From Eledone cirrhosa (lineage: Eukaryota), in the NCBI GenBank assembly GCA_964016885.1, contig OZ024758.1, positions 33,232,001 to 33,296,000 on the forward strand: DNA of 64,000 bases. The letters run 5' to 3'. A model generated the notes under the pieces. That model searched no databases, was not told the origin of the DNA, and was given only the letters and a program-made list of their open reading frames with translations. The first letter of the stretch is position 1. Each line of letters begins with the position of its first letter. Shown piece after piece: positions 1 to 11,424 of the stretch. A program made the position numbers and the translations under genes.

Positions 1-157
1 TATATATATATATATATATATAAGCAAAGGGATATTTAATTTGTTGGTAATTCAACAAATATAAATGTTTATAACAGATTCGAAGCACTCGACAAGTTTT
101 CTGGAGTATAATATCAATGATATTAATAAATGGAAGCTATATTTATAAAACCATATT

Positions 158-218
158 TATTCTATTATATATATTTCAAGTTTGCCAAAACTTTGGTACG
201 CTCTCATCAGATAAAATA
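158..218 (-). ncRNA. Type I minimal hammerhead ribozyme (mirror copy)
   Basis: Reverse complement of 366-426 in the left arm of the palindrome. Confidence 0.8.
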
Positions 219-365
219 TAGAGCTTGTTTTATAAATATTGACATATCCAGGAATGAGATCTTAATGGTTCAAGTTTTACCTGGATAGTATCTGACTATC
301 CAGGTAAAACTTGAACCATTAAGGTCTCATTTCTAGATATGTCAATATTTATAAAACAAGCTCTA

Positions 366-426
366 TATTTTATCTGATGAGAGCGTACCAAAGTTTTGGC
401 AAACTTGAAATATATATAATAGAATA
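366..426 (+). ncRNA. Type I minimal hammerhead ribozyme
   Basis: Stem I TATTTTAT(366-373)/ATAGAATA(419-426); core CTGATGA 374-380; stem II GAG..CTT with inner CCAAAG/TTTTGG; GAAA 407-410; minimal stem III with palindromic ATAT loop; AUA cleavage triplet 416-418. Confidence 0.8.
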
Positions 427-469
427 AATATGGTTTTATAAATGTAGTTTCCATTTATTAATATCATTG

Positions 470-529
<60 letters not shown>

Positions 530-530
530 A

Positions 531-1291
531 CAGTAGCCAGAGTTAGAACAGGATGGAAAAAGTTCAGATAGCTAATACCGCTGTTGGCCACAAATGGTTT
601 CTCTCTAAAAATGAAAGGCAGATTGTATGATGTCTGTATACGAACAGCAATGTTACTTGGCAGTGAGATGTCGGCATTGTGTGCAGAGGACTTGCGCAGA
701 TTGGAAAGGAACGAAGTATGCATACTCCGTTGGATGTTATAGTAATATACACGAACGGCAAAACATAAACGAACTTGTTTACGTTGGTATGGTCATGTGA
801 TGCACATGAAAGGCGACAGCTTGTATAAAAAAGTGCAGGGCGACCAAGATTGATGGTAGTTACGGAGTAGGTAGACCCAGAAAAATCTGGGATGACCTTG
901 CACACTTACAACGTCACTGGATCAAGGCCTTTGGTGCCACGCAGTAATACAGAAGACCCCCCTTTCCTACATACAAAGTTAACCTACAATCAGTAGGCAC
1001 CTCTTAACCACTATCCCTACTCCATCCTCCCACTCCCACCAACACCACCCTTTCTCTGTAAAGTTATGTTGGTACCACAACATCCAGTCCAAACTAAAGA
1101 GGTTGTGTAGGTGTCACAACAAAAAACAGCCAGTCCAAGCTGTAAAGTGGTTGGTGTTAGGAAGGGCATCCAGCCATAGAAAACCTGCTAGATAAAGTCC
1201 TATACGAGCAAGACAAGGTCACCAGATCAATCTAACCTCAATTCCTATGTAACCCATGCTAGCGTGGAAGATGGACGTTAAATTATGATGA
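531..1291 (+). mobile_element. RTE LINE 3' fragment
   Basis: Closely matches the 3' part of the intact RTE at ~27230-28100 (ARVRTGWKKFR...GRLYD..RTAML); ends ggacgttaaa+(ATG)n. Confidence 0.85.
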
Positions 1292-1330
1292 TCATATATA
1301 TATATGTGTGTGTGTGTGTATGTGTTTCTT

Positions 1331-1365
<35 letters not shown>

Positions 1366-1570
1366 GCGAACACATACACAAACATATGCACGCGCATATG
1401 AGCAAGACACGGTCACCTGACTCAACTTACCACAAATGGGACAACCCTTCTAACCCATGCTAGCATAGAAAATAAATGTTAAATGATGACACACACACAC
1501 ACACATACACACATACAAGTACACAAATATATATGGGTGTGTGTGTGCGTGTGTGTGTGCAAACACATCA

Positions 1571-2160
1571 TCATCTGGCAGCCTCAGCCAAAATTAACTC
1601 AACAATTGACCTCCACGTGGGTCTGTCGTTCATTGCCATTGCCAAGTCCTGGATTTCAATACCAGAATCTCTGGAGAGCTTGTGTCTCCTGTTATTAGGG
1701 ACTACTTGTGGTTTCCAAAGCACTAATGGGAACACAGCCGCATAGGTGGCACGATGGCCAGCAAATCTTACTCTACTTTTACGTACGACAAATATGCATG
1801 GGAGGCCGGCATATATCTTTCTCAAAGTCAGATCTCGCCAGCTTATGTTCTGAATGTGTTAAAGCAGGCGAGTATAGGTGACAGTGGTAGTGGTAGTGGC
1901 GGTAGTAGTAGTAGTAGTAGTGTAGGTGCTACCAAGATGCGTTTGTTGTTTGGATGAAAGCATCCATGTTTCACTTCCATGTAGCAAGATTGGTTGAATT
2001 GTTACTTGGAAGAGTCTGATCTTGGTGTGGTTGGAAAGATTTGAGCGCCAAACTCGATCCATCTTGTTGCAAGCTGACCATGATTGGGCCTTTCTGGTGG
2101 CGAAATCCTTCTCAGAGTCCATGATCCAGGACCCAAGATACTTGAAATCCTCAACTTGCT
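1571..2160 (-). mobile_element. RTE-clade LINE 3' fragment (second family)
   Basis: EDFKYLGSW..SEKDF..RKAQSWSACNKM..VW; ILLHGSETW; RVRFAGH; WRSIV; interrupted by a (TAG/TGG)n tract. Confidence 0.75.
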
Positions 2161-2236
2161 TGATGTATCACACATATATACAGACATTTCACAGCAACTA
2201 TTATATGTTGTACATTGATTTACACATCAAATCATA

Positions 2237-2277
<41 letters not shown>

Positions 2278-2924
2278 TATAAATATCTTCATGCACAGGC
2301 ATTGCACAATAGAATTAATTAATAATTATTAATATAATGGTATATCGTGCAATGGCCATACTCGATAACGAGGAGACAGCCATCATGCATGTATATATAT
2401 ATGTATGTGTACATGTATGTATATATATATGTATGTATATATGTATGTATATATGTATATATTGTCAGGTCACCAGTTGGTGCTTCTGGTAACATGTATC
2501 CCTGTACAACCTGTCTCATGGTCGGGTCGTTGGCGACTAAACTGGCAACCCCACCAACGTTTCTTGGTGAGGAGGGTGACTTTGGACATCCTGCAGGACT
2601 AAAAACAAAACCTGTCAAAGGGCAAAGGAGCTCTTAAGAGTCAATGGCCATCCAAAATCACCGGGAGAGATGACCCCTTAGCCTTTGTCAAGGCAGAATT
2701 CTAGGAGAAGGAAAACTCTGATATAAAACCTGCAACTCTGATGATATCCAATGATGTTGACTTGTTCTTCTTTTTGGTAAATATCATCTTGGTTAAGAGA
2801 GTGGGACTGGCTTTGTGCAGTACCTTTGCTCACTATAAAAGCTTCACGGCACAGGCATTGCTTTATATCTGGAGATCTCTCTGCACTTGTCGTCACATGG
2901 TACCATGGGCCCAGCACTATGTGT

Positions 2925-3071
2925 CAATAATTGTCACAAGTGTAGTGTTTGTACCAGAGTTTTCAAGTCGCTGTCTGGACTAAAAAGTCACACTCGTTCA
3001 GCGTATCGGTAGGGGTTCTCCTACATGGATATAAAGTAGTGGCCGTACTCGAAAACGAGCTGGCAGCCACC

Positions 3072-3072
<1 letters not shown>
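2925..3072 (+). mobile_element. RTE/BovB-like LINE extreme 3' end
   Basis: Translates to CSVCTRVFKSLSGLKSHTRS (terminal zinc-finger-like motif), then a short tail ending in (TA)n. Confidence 0.55.
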
Positions 3073-3102
<30 letters not shown>

Positions 3103-3105
3103 CCC

Positions 3106-3461
3106 AACCCACTACTCCACTCCATCCTCCCACTCCCACCAACACCACCTTCTCTCTGTAAAGTTATGTTGGTACCACAACATCCAGTCTAAACTAATGA
3201 GATCGTGTATGTGTCACAACAAAAAAACACACAGTCCACGCTGTAAAGTGGTCGTGTAGGTAACACGGTAAAAAGTTCCCAGTCCACACTGTAGATGTGG
3301 TTGGTGTTAGGAAGAGCATCCAGCCGTAGAAAACCTGCCATAGTCCTCTATGAGCGAGACATGGTCACCCGACCAATCTTGCCTCAAGTGGGACAACTCC
3401 CGTCTAAACCATGCTAGCGTGGAAGATGGACGTTAAACGATGATGATGATGATGATGATGA
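3106..3461 (+). mobile_element. RTE 3' UTR fragment
   Basis: Homologous to ~1010-1290 and ~27780-28118; (GAT)n tail. Confidence 0.8.
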
Positions 3462-3652
3462 TACTATATTCTAAATGCTATAGCATATTTAGCAGCAGCT
3501 GTATGTGAGAGACCTTTCTTTATATTTTATTCTTTAGAAGAACATTTAAAATTGTTATTAGGCCAAATATTAGAATGTGAAAATTGTCTACTTGTGAAAG
3601 CAATTTTTGTTATTGTTGTGTTCTTCAGGAAAGCAGAAATATAATAATAATA

Positions 3653-3841
3653 ATTGTTTCTACTTTTGGCACAAGGCCAGCAAAAACCCAGTGTATTACT
3701 GGTACTTTATTTTATCGACCCCTTAAGGATGAAAGGCAAAGTTAACCTCGGCGGGATTTGAACTCAGAATGGTAAGGGCCGTAACTCTATGCGTCAAAGC
3801 ATGGCGTCCGAGCATCTACCGATACTGCCAATCCACCGCCC
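3653..3841 (-). mobile_element. tRNA-derived SINE (family A)
   Basis: Minus strand: A-box-like TGGCAGTATCGG, B-box GAGTTCAAATC, core GCCTTTCATCC..GGGGTCGATAAAAT, (ATT)n flanks; many copies in the window. Confidence 0.8.
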
Positions 3842-3903
3842 TATAATAATAATAATAATAAACTATAATAAAGGTCTGCGGGACTGCGACCAGAATATAT
3901 TTT

Positions 3904-6487
3904 TTATCCCGTTTGTAAAATAAGTTGGATTACTTTGAATGTTGGAAATTCAACTCCTTCAATTGTCCTCAAATCTTTGTATGAAGTTGACCCAGCCTTG
4001 TGATGTAGGATCATTCTGAGGTAATATAATTCAGATTGATGTCTACTGAGAGATACTGTTGGAATGCGTCCAAGAGTTTCACTCATAAATTGTTGATCAC
4101 CATCCAGATGTCCCTTTTTTCTTCTTTGCCACTTTTGTTTGTCCAAGTGAAATATTTAGGAATATCAATATACAATATGTTTTGTGCCAGTGGGTCTCTA
4201 ATATTCAGTTGAAAATATTCCGTCAACTTAGTCATTGGCTGTCCCCTAGAAACAACACTTTCTTCCTGCTCTCGCTCATACACGACCATTTGTTCCCCAG
4301 GTAAATGGCAAGGCAACTTTTCAACTGGCGGTTTTCGATAATGTAATGGAAATTTATAGATTCTCCAGAATGCTTCACTTGCTGAGATGTACCGTGCATT
4401 GATATAGGTCTCAATCTCATTTTGGGCATGAACACAATTTCCTTGATCATCCTTAATAGTGAAAGTGATCTTGTCTGATCCTTTCGTGATGTACTTATAT
4501 AAGTACTTAACAGCCTTGATACTGTGGACAACCTCACAATTGATGTGGCACTGATATCTCAATGAGAGGAAAGGGTTGTATGGAACAATCCAACAATTAT
4601 CAACAGTAAATTCTTGACCTTTAAGTTGGATTGTATGGGTGTGACCACCATACTGTCTATCCCTTCTATACTCCGGAAAGGAATTATCGGCAACTAATAT
4701 GGTTTGTCTGAATGCCTTGGGATAACTTTTTGAGCAATGGCGTTGTTGTCCTAGCCCTTCCATACATGGGCACATCATATTAGCTTGTCCACATGGCCCA
4801 TGAATGTTGCAGGATGTGATGATCTTATGCAGAATTGGATTGGTCTCTTTATCAGGAATCTCACAGTACACTACCTGATCAATGGCATCAGCAGTTTTGG
4901 GTTTGCTATCTTCAGCCATTATCAGCAGAATATGAGCATGAGTGAGGCCTCGTTTCTGCCTCTCTATTGTAGCAGAATGAGCCACAACTTTTCCTAGGAC
5001 TTTTTTTTTCAGTATGTCATCCATGAGACTGTCATATTTGATCTTGAAGACTCTTGCACAAATATCAGGATGGTCTCTAAGTTCTTCACCAGGGTGCAAA
5101 CTATTTTTTATTTCATCCCAGTTAGGGTTAGTTGTTACCGTGATCAAATAAGATGGGTTTCCCATGTGTCGAACCACAGTCATCGAATTCTCAAAGCACT
5201 CACTCTAGAAGCGAGGTGAACCATAGATTGAAGGAGGAAGAACAAATCTCCGGCCTGCATTTACTGAATCTTCTTCAGGCACAGCATCATACAAACCCTC
5301 ATACTTTTCAGCTTGTATCATGGTTTGATTGTTGCGGGCCCATTTGAGGTAACATTGTTCTATTTTTGCCTGGGCATTTACAGCATATTGCTGCATCAGC
5401 CGCCTGCTCTTCATGATAATGTTACAGTCACCTTGCGTAACCTGAAACCGATAACAGTAGAAATCAGTGTGTGTGACTGTGTGGTTGTTGTCAATCCTTT
5501 TCAAACCAACCTGAAACCCACCATTCCCCCAAGGAAACAGTAGCACATAATGCAGAGGATCATAAGAATGGTGTAACTGATGAATCCTCTGAAGACCACC
5601 ATCTCTTTTATGAATGGTGACATCCAAAAGACCTAATGCTGTATCAGGTTGAATAACAGCAATCTCAGATGTCATAGGATGATTATATGTGCAACAAGGA
5701 AAATCAGTGGGTTTTACTTTGTCAGCATGTAGGACAATATTCACATTTTCAGAGACTGGTATTTCAATGACTGACTTGAAGCTTCTTATATCGGTGTTGC
5801 AGTAGTGCAAGTCTTCCTGCAGGTCCTGCAGGACAGCAGCATCTAAATTAGCATGATGCAAGCGATTCTGAAGCTCATGATCTGTATCGTAGAAGTAAAG
5901 CTGCGCAAACTTGGGTGAAGCATCACTTGGAAGTAGTGATCCAATAATATGGGACTAAATCCTGGTGATTTAATCTCTTTGCACCCAATTGAAGCTAAGG
6001 CAGGCACATTGTTATATGTCCGTATCTTATGGAGAAAAGAATTTCCTGCTTGAGTGATATCGAAATATTTCAGTATATTTGGTGGAGGAAGTTGAGGGAG
6101 TTTCACTTTTCCCTGAAAGCAGCACAGAGATTTGGGTTCATGTTGTCAGCGATAAGCTTTGCAGTGCGGACAAACAGAGGCAAAGAGACTCCCTGCATTA
6201 TGTTGTGGCCTTATGGAAAGAACAGTTTTCTCTTGGAAAGGTTCATCTGTAGGTTCATCTGCCAGACCTTCAATTGACCTGTTCCTTCCTCTCTGAAAGT
6301 TCGGTGTATTTGTTGCAAGTTGTTGTTGGTGTTGGTGTGTTAACTGAATTACATTTGTAGAAATTTGTTGGGATGTTGTAGAGCGATTATTGTTTGATTG
6401 ATTTGCCCTCATCTCTCTTTGTCGTTGTGCGTCTGCTGCTATGCATTGGGATTTAGATGAGAAATGTTTTCTGTGTCCCATATTCAC
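3904..6487 (-). pseudogene. Helitron RepHel, N-terminal and Rep (HUH) domain, frameshifted
   Basis: ITVTTNPNWDEI, ERQKRGLTHAHILL, KYLYKYITKG, LPPSIYGSPR, YDPLHYVLLFPWG, ARYISASEAFWRI; N-terminal CPHC. Confidence 0.92.
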
Positions 6488-6552
6488 TCTCTGTCATGTA
6501 TGTATAAATATATGTTATCTCTACGGTGAATCTTAGAAATAAATATATATAA

Positions 6553-6554
<2 letters not shown>

Positions 6555-6630
<76 letters not shown>
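6555..6630. repeat. (GA)n microsatellite
   Basis: Direct inspection. Confidence 0.95.
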
Positions 6631-6873
6631 TTGACATGGAGAAAAGAAATCTTTGAAATAAATGTATGTTTGAAATAAATGAGAGACGGAATATTATAAA
6701 CTTTATGATCATCTGCTATTCCAAACACCAGATATATATATGGAGAGTAGTATGAGGTACTCATAACAACAGTGGTAGCAGCAAAACGTGTATCAAAACA
6801 ATATGTCACAGTCATTCTATCTATCTGTTTCTCTCCAGGAAACAAAAAGGTGAGTGAACTCTTCCTCACCAAC

Positions 6874-8651
6874 ATGGCGAATGTAAGAATCGGTTGTGTG
6901 AATTTACGCGGCCTGGGGATGCCTTGGAAACAGAGCAAACTCTTAAACGACCTCAGGTCGCACAGTATGGATGTAATTGCCATCTGTGAGTCCACGATCC
7001 ACAGCGAGCGACAGCTGGCTCCCATCTTCGACGACTATGAGATCTACACATCTCTGTCAGCCGGAAGGTGGGGGCGGGATTGCCGTTTTGCTGAGGAAAC
7101 ACCTGGGCCTCGTAACACAGACGGTACATCTGGACCCGGAGGGTCGACTGGTGGTCCTAGACGTTGACGGTAGTGAAGGTGGAGCCTTCAGGCTGGTGGC
7201 CGCATATGCCCCATCCGCGACTCCGCAGCCAAACTTATTCAAACGTCTAGAGACTTTTCCTTTCTTTTATTGGGGGACTGGAATGGAATCCTAGATGCAC
7301 GTTAGGACTATGTGGGAGTATGTCCCAATAAAGGGGGGTGTAACAGCCTCAAACAGTTAATCGGCCGATTTGACCTGGCCGATAGATATCGACTAGATTT
7401 TCCGACTGTGCCACTGTGGACGTCAACTAATCGCAGCAGAACATCTAGATCGTACCTAGATAGGGTTCTAGTTAGAAATAAGGATAGGGACATGTTAAGC
7501 TCTCCACAAATGTTCATGGTTGCCTATTCAGATCACAAACTAGTGACCTGCATGGTCAACCTTGATAGAACCCAGAGACAAGGACCCGGCTACTGGAAGC
7601 TGAACTTGTCGTTACCGACATGCAAGGCCTACAGTAGACGGATTAGCACTTTAGTTAAACAGCACTTGAGAGGGGCCATTGTCAACAACAGATGGTGGTA
7701 CTCTCTCAAGAGGGTAGTTAGATTAGACTCGTTAGTTTTTAGTAAAGATTAGCGTTAGATAAAAATAGGACCGAGAAGGAACTAGTAGATGAAGTAGAAG
7801 AGGCAATTAGAAGTGGCAACGTAGCCAGCATGCTAGCAACGAGAACGGCCTTGAACCAGTTCTTCGACGCAAAGCACGAGGGCTGCGTTGTCAGAAGAAA
7901 AATACGTGCTCTGGGCAACAAGGGAGCCAAAGCTGTTACCTGGGCCTGGATGACGGAGGTGAAAAGTGGCAACAAGTCCACGATTCGGTCTTTGAAGGAC
8001 CAAGACGGACGCGTGATATGTGAGCCGAAGCAGATGTGCACGGCCTTTCAGCGGCACTTTGCTCAGCTGTTCGGCAGGGCGGCGTGCCGGGAGGGGCTAT
8101 GGATTTCGGTCCATACCTCGATGGCCTGCCACGACTCTTGGACAGCGAGGCGAAGTTCTGCGAAAGGCTGATTTCAGCCGCTGAGATAGGGGACGCGCTG
8201 AGCCAATGCGGCAAACGCAAATCTCCAGGTCTCGATGGTCTACCCTACGAATTTTACGTTGCAATGCCGGACTTGTTCTCTGTTCTCCTGAAAGCGGTCT
8301 ACTGCAACTGGCAGCACAACGGGAGAATTCCCAGTTCTGTGACCAAGGGCGTAGTCACACTAGTCAGGAAGGACGAGAATAAGGGGGATGACATAGACAA
8401 CTTCCGGCCCATAACTTTGCTAAACACAGAGTTACAAATTTTGGCCAAGGTGTTGGCAAAGAGGCTGCCGCTTGTCGTCAAAAACCTGGTGGGAGAAGCG
8501 CAGACATGCGCAATCCCGACCAGGTCCATAACCAACAACCTCCACCTCATGCGATACATCGTAGAGAGGGTTGGGTGTAAACCCGGCTTCGGTGGGGCCC
8601 TGATCAACTTGAATCAGTCTAAGGCTTTCGATAGGGTTGACCATCGTTACC
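6874..8651 (+). mobile_element. Tx1/L1-like LINE ORF2 5' half (APE endonuclease and RT N-terminal part), frameshifted
   Basis: NLRGL, ICES, YAP, SYLDRVLV, YSDHK, GPGYWKLN, KSPGLDGLPYEFY, FRPITLLNTE, KAFDRVDH; ends abruptly at ~8651. Confidence 0.88.
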
Positions 8652-9473
8652 TAAACGGGCATTGCAATGTTACAATCATGTAATTGAAGCTGAAGTGGCA
8701 TTGGGTCCTAATGCTGGACAAGGTTGCTAATCCCAAGGATACCACATGTATCTCAAGAGCTTCAGTTCCCTTTCACCTTTACTCGCAAGCAATTTCCTGT
8801 CAACCCAGCCTTTGGCCTTACATGCAACAAGGCACAAGGGCAGACATTTGAAAAGATAGATGTATATCTACCAACACATTTCTTTGCACATGGTCAGATG
8901 TATGTTGCATTACCACGAGTTACAAAAAAAAGAAAATATAAAAATATTAAATGAAAGGGGTCTGTTTGCTGACAACTGTGTCTACAAAGAAATTCTACAG
9001 TGATGTGAAACAACTATCACTCTCTTTTAGTTGAAATGCATTTCAGTTTCTTTTTAACTGCTAGAAAAGGGACACTACAAAAACTTAAGAAGTCTCTATG
9101 TGAATACAGTAGACCAACAATATAGCAAGGTCACCTCTTCATATTGGTAAATGTAATTCATTCATTCATACCAGCAGCATGTATTTTCAAATTCACTGCT
9201 TGAAGCTTCCCATCGACATTCTCAAGTGAAGATTCATGAACGTTTTCCGTCAACAGTTTCATTGCTTTTCCATCTTCATTATCGCCCTTTTTTTAAAAAT
9301 GTATCATGGATTACTTTACTGATTACAGAAGACAGTGTAACACAGTCTTCATTCAGTTTATGTGCATATTGTCAATTTATGTATCATATCTATGTGCATA
9401 TACATTTGCGTATATCAATATACACACTATATACGCTAGCAGGAAACCGCTCGAAGGGCAGTTCTTCTGCTAG
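8652..9473 (+). mobile_element. Helitron 3' part: Pif1-type helicase C-terminus and 3' terminus
   Basis: LIPRIP..FPFTFTRKQFPV.PAF..TCNKAQGQTF..F.HGQMYVAL.RV; subterminal hairpin and CTAG|T end at 9470-9473. Confidence 0.88.
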
Positions 9474-9507
9474 TAATAATAATAACAACAACAACACCAA
9501 CACCAAC

Positions 9508-9562
<55 letters not shown>

Positions 9563-9565
<3 letters not shown>

Positions 9566-10760
9566 CCTACAGATGACAATATATCTTCCAAGGAAATAGA
9601 GAAAATCTCCAAATATAAAGATCTAGAGATAGAAATAAATCAAATGTGGAAAATGAAAACAGAAACAATACCTATAATAATAGGTGCTCTAGGAATGATA
9701 AAAAAACATAGATTCATAGCCAAAACCCCAGGACTTACAAATATATACAACATACAAAAGATAGCACTACTAGGTACTGTATATACACTATATAGAGTAC
9801 CACAGGACTTACAAATATATACAACATACAGAAGATAGCTCTACTAGGTACTATATATATATTATATAGAGTACCACAAGACTTACAAATATATACAACA
9901 TACAAACGATAGCACTTCTAGGTACTGTATATATATTATATTGAGTACCACAGGACTTACAAATATATACAACATACAGAAGATAGCACTACTAGGTACT
10001 GTATATATATTATATAGAGTGCCACAGGACTTACAAATATATACAACATACAGAAGATAGCTCTACTAGGTACTATATATATATTATATAGAGTACCACA
10101 GGACTTACAAATATATACAACATACAGAAGATAGCACTACTAGGTACTATATATATATTATGTAGAGTACCACAGGACTTACAAATATATACAACATACA
10201 GAAGATAGCACTACCAGGTACTGTATATATATTATATAGAGTACCACAGGACTTACAAATATATACAACATACAAACGATAGCACTTCTAGGTACTGTAT
10301 ATATATTATATAGAGTACCACAGGACTTACAAATATATACAACATACAAACGATAGCACTTGTAGGTACTGTATATATATTATATAGAGTACCACAGGAC
10401 TTACAAATATATACAACATACAGAAGATAGCTCTACTAGGTACTATATATATATATTATATAGAGTACCACAGGACTTACAAATATATACAACATACAGA
10501 AGATAGCACTACTAGGTACTGTATATATATTATATAGAGTACCACAGGACTTACAAATATATACAACATACAGAAGATAGCACTACTAGGTACTGTATAT
10601 ATATTATATAGAGTACCACAAGACTTACAAATATATACAACATACAGAAGATAGCACTACTAGGTACTGCACACATATTACTAAAAGTACTGTCAATACA
10701 GTAGAAACAATATTAGCAAAAACTACACTGCTTATATCCGAGGCTCATAGAGCTGTGGTA
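9563..10760 (+). mobile_element. Dong/R4-like (RLE) LINE 3' fragment containing a minisatellite
   Basis: EKISKYKDLEIEI..MWKMKTETIPIIIGALG..QKIALLGT; resumes as GTAHIL.KVLSI after the array; preceded by (AAT)n. Confidence 0.8.
9729..10669 (+). repeat. 74-bp minisatellite, ~13 units
   Basis: Unit starts at 9729, 9803, 9877, 9951 ... 10619. Confidence 0.95.
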
Positions 10761-10795
10761 GATAAAGCAATAATGATGTGCAATGGAAATAATAA

Positions 10796-11413
10796 CTAGC
10801 TGAATAACCCAGCGTTGAGAGATAACCCGCGTCTCTCTATATATATATATATCTAACCCCCTCTCTAAATATATTATAACCCACTCTCTCTAAATATATT
10901 ATAAACCCCCCCCCCTCTCTAAATATATTAAACACCTCACCCTCTATATATATAAACCTATCCCTTTCTCTATATATTAAAACCACCCTCTCTATATATT
11001 ATAGCACCCCTCTCTATATATATTTAACCCCCTCTCTCTATATATATTTTAACCCTCATCTCTATATTATAACCCATCCCTTTCCCTATATTATAAATCC
11101 CTCTCTTTAAATATAGTATAACCCCCTCTCTCTCTATATATATATATATTATAATCCCCTTCTCTATATATATAGTAACCCACCCCTTTCTCTATATTAT
11201 AACCCCCTCTCTCTAAATATATTACCCCCCCCTCTCTCCTTTCCAAACGATGCAACGCTCTTTGATTTTCTTTCGCCGTAGATTGTTTACCACCCCTCTT
11301 CCATTGTTTTAACAGGTCTCACGGACGTCATTCGACTTTTATTTATATTACTGAAAGTGTGACACACACGGTCAGACGTACGGTACGTAGGTATTAACGT
11401 ATTTATATACAGA
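10796..11413 (-). mobile_element. Non-autonomous Helitron with internal degenerate ~25-bp repeats
   Basis: Minus strand begins A|TCTGTATATAAA (11413) and ends ..TTCAGCTAG|T (10796); internal (ctctctatatattataacccc)-like subrepeats. Confidence 0.65.
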
Positions 11414-11424
11414 TAATAATAATA

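Larger units (their letters stand above)
22..471 (-). mobile_element. Penelope-like element terminal fragment with fold-back (inverted) pseudo-LTR
   Basis: Near-perfect 177-bp inverted arms (113-289 / 295-471, 5-nt loop), an extra ~90-bp tail on the left, (TA)n on both flanks, and a hammerhead motif in each arm. Confidence 0.7.

Noticed and set aside
2462-2560. HDV-like ribozyme in a LINE 5'UTR-like fragment
   Set aside because: Partial helices only, and the connectivity does not match the double pseudoknot
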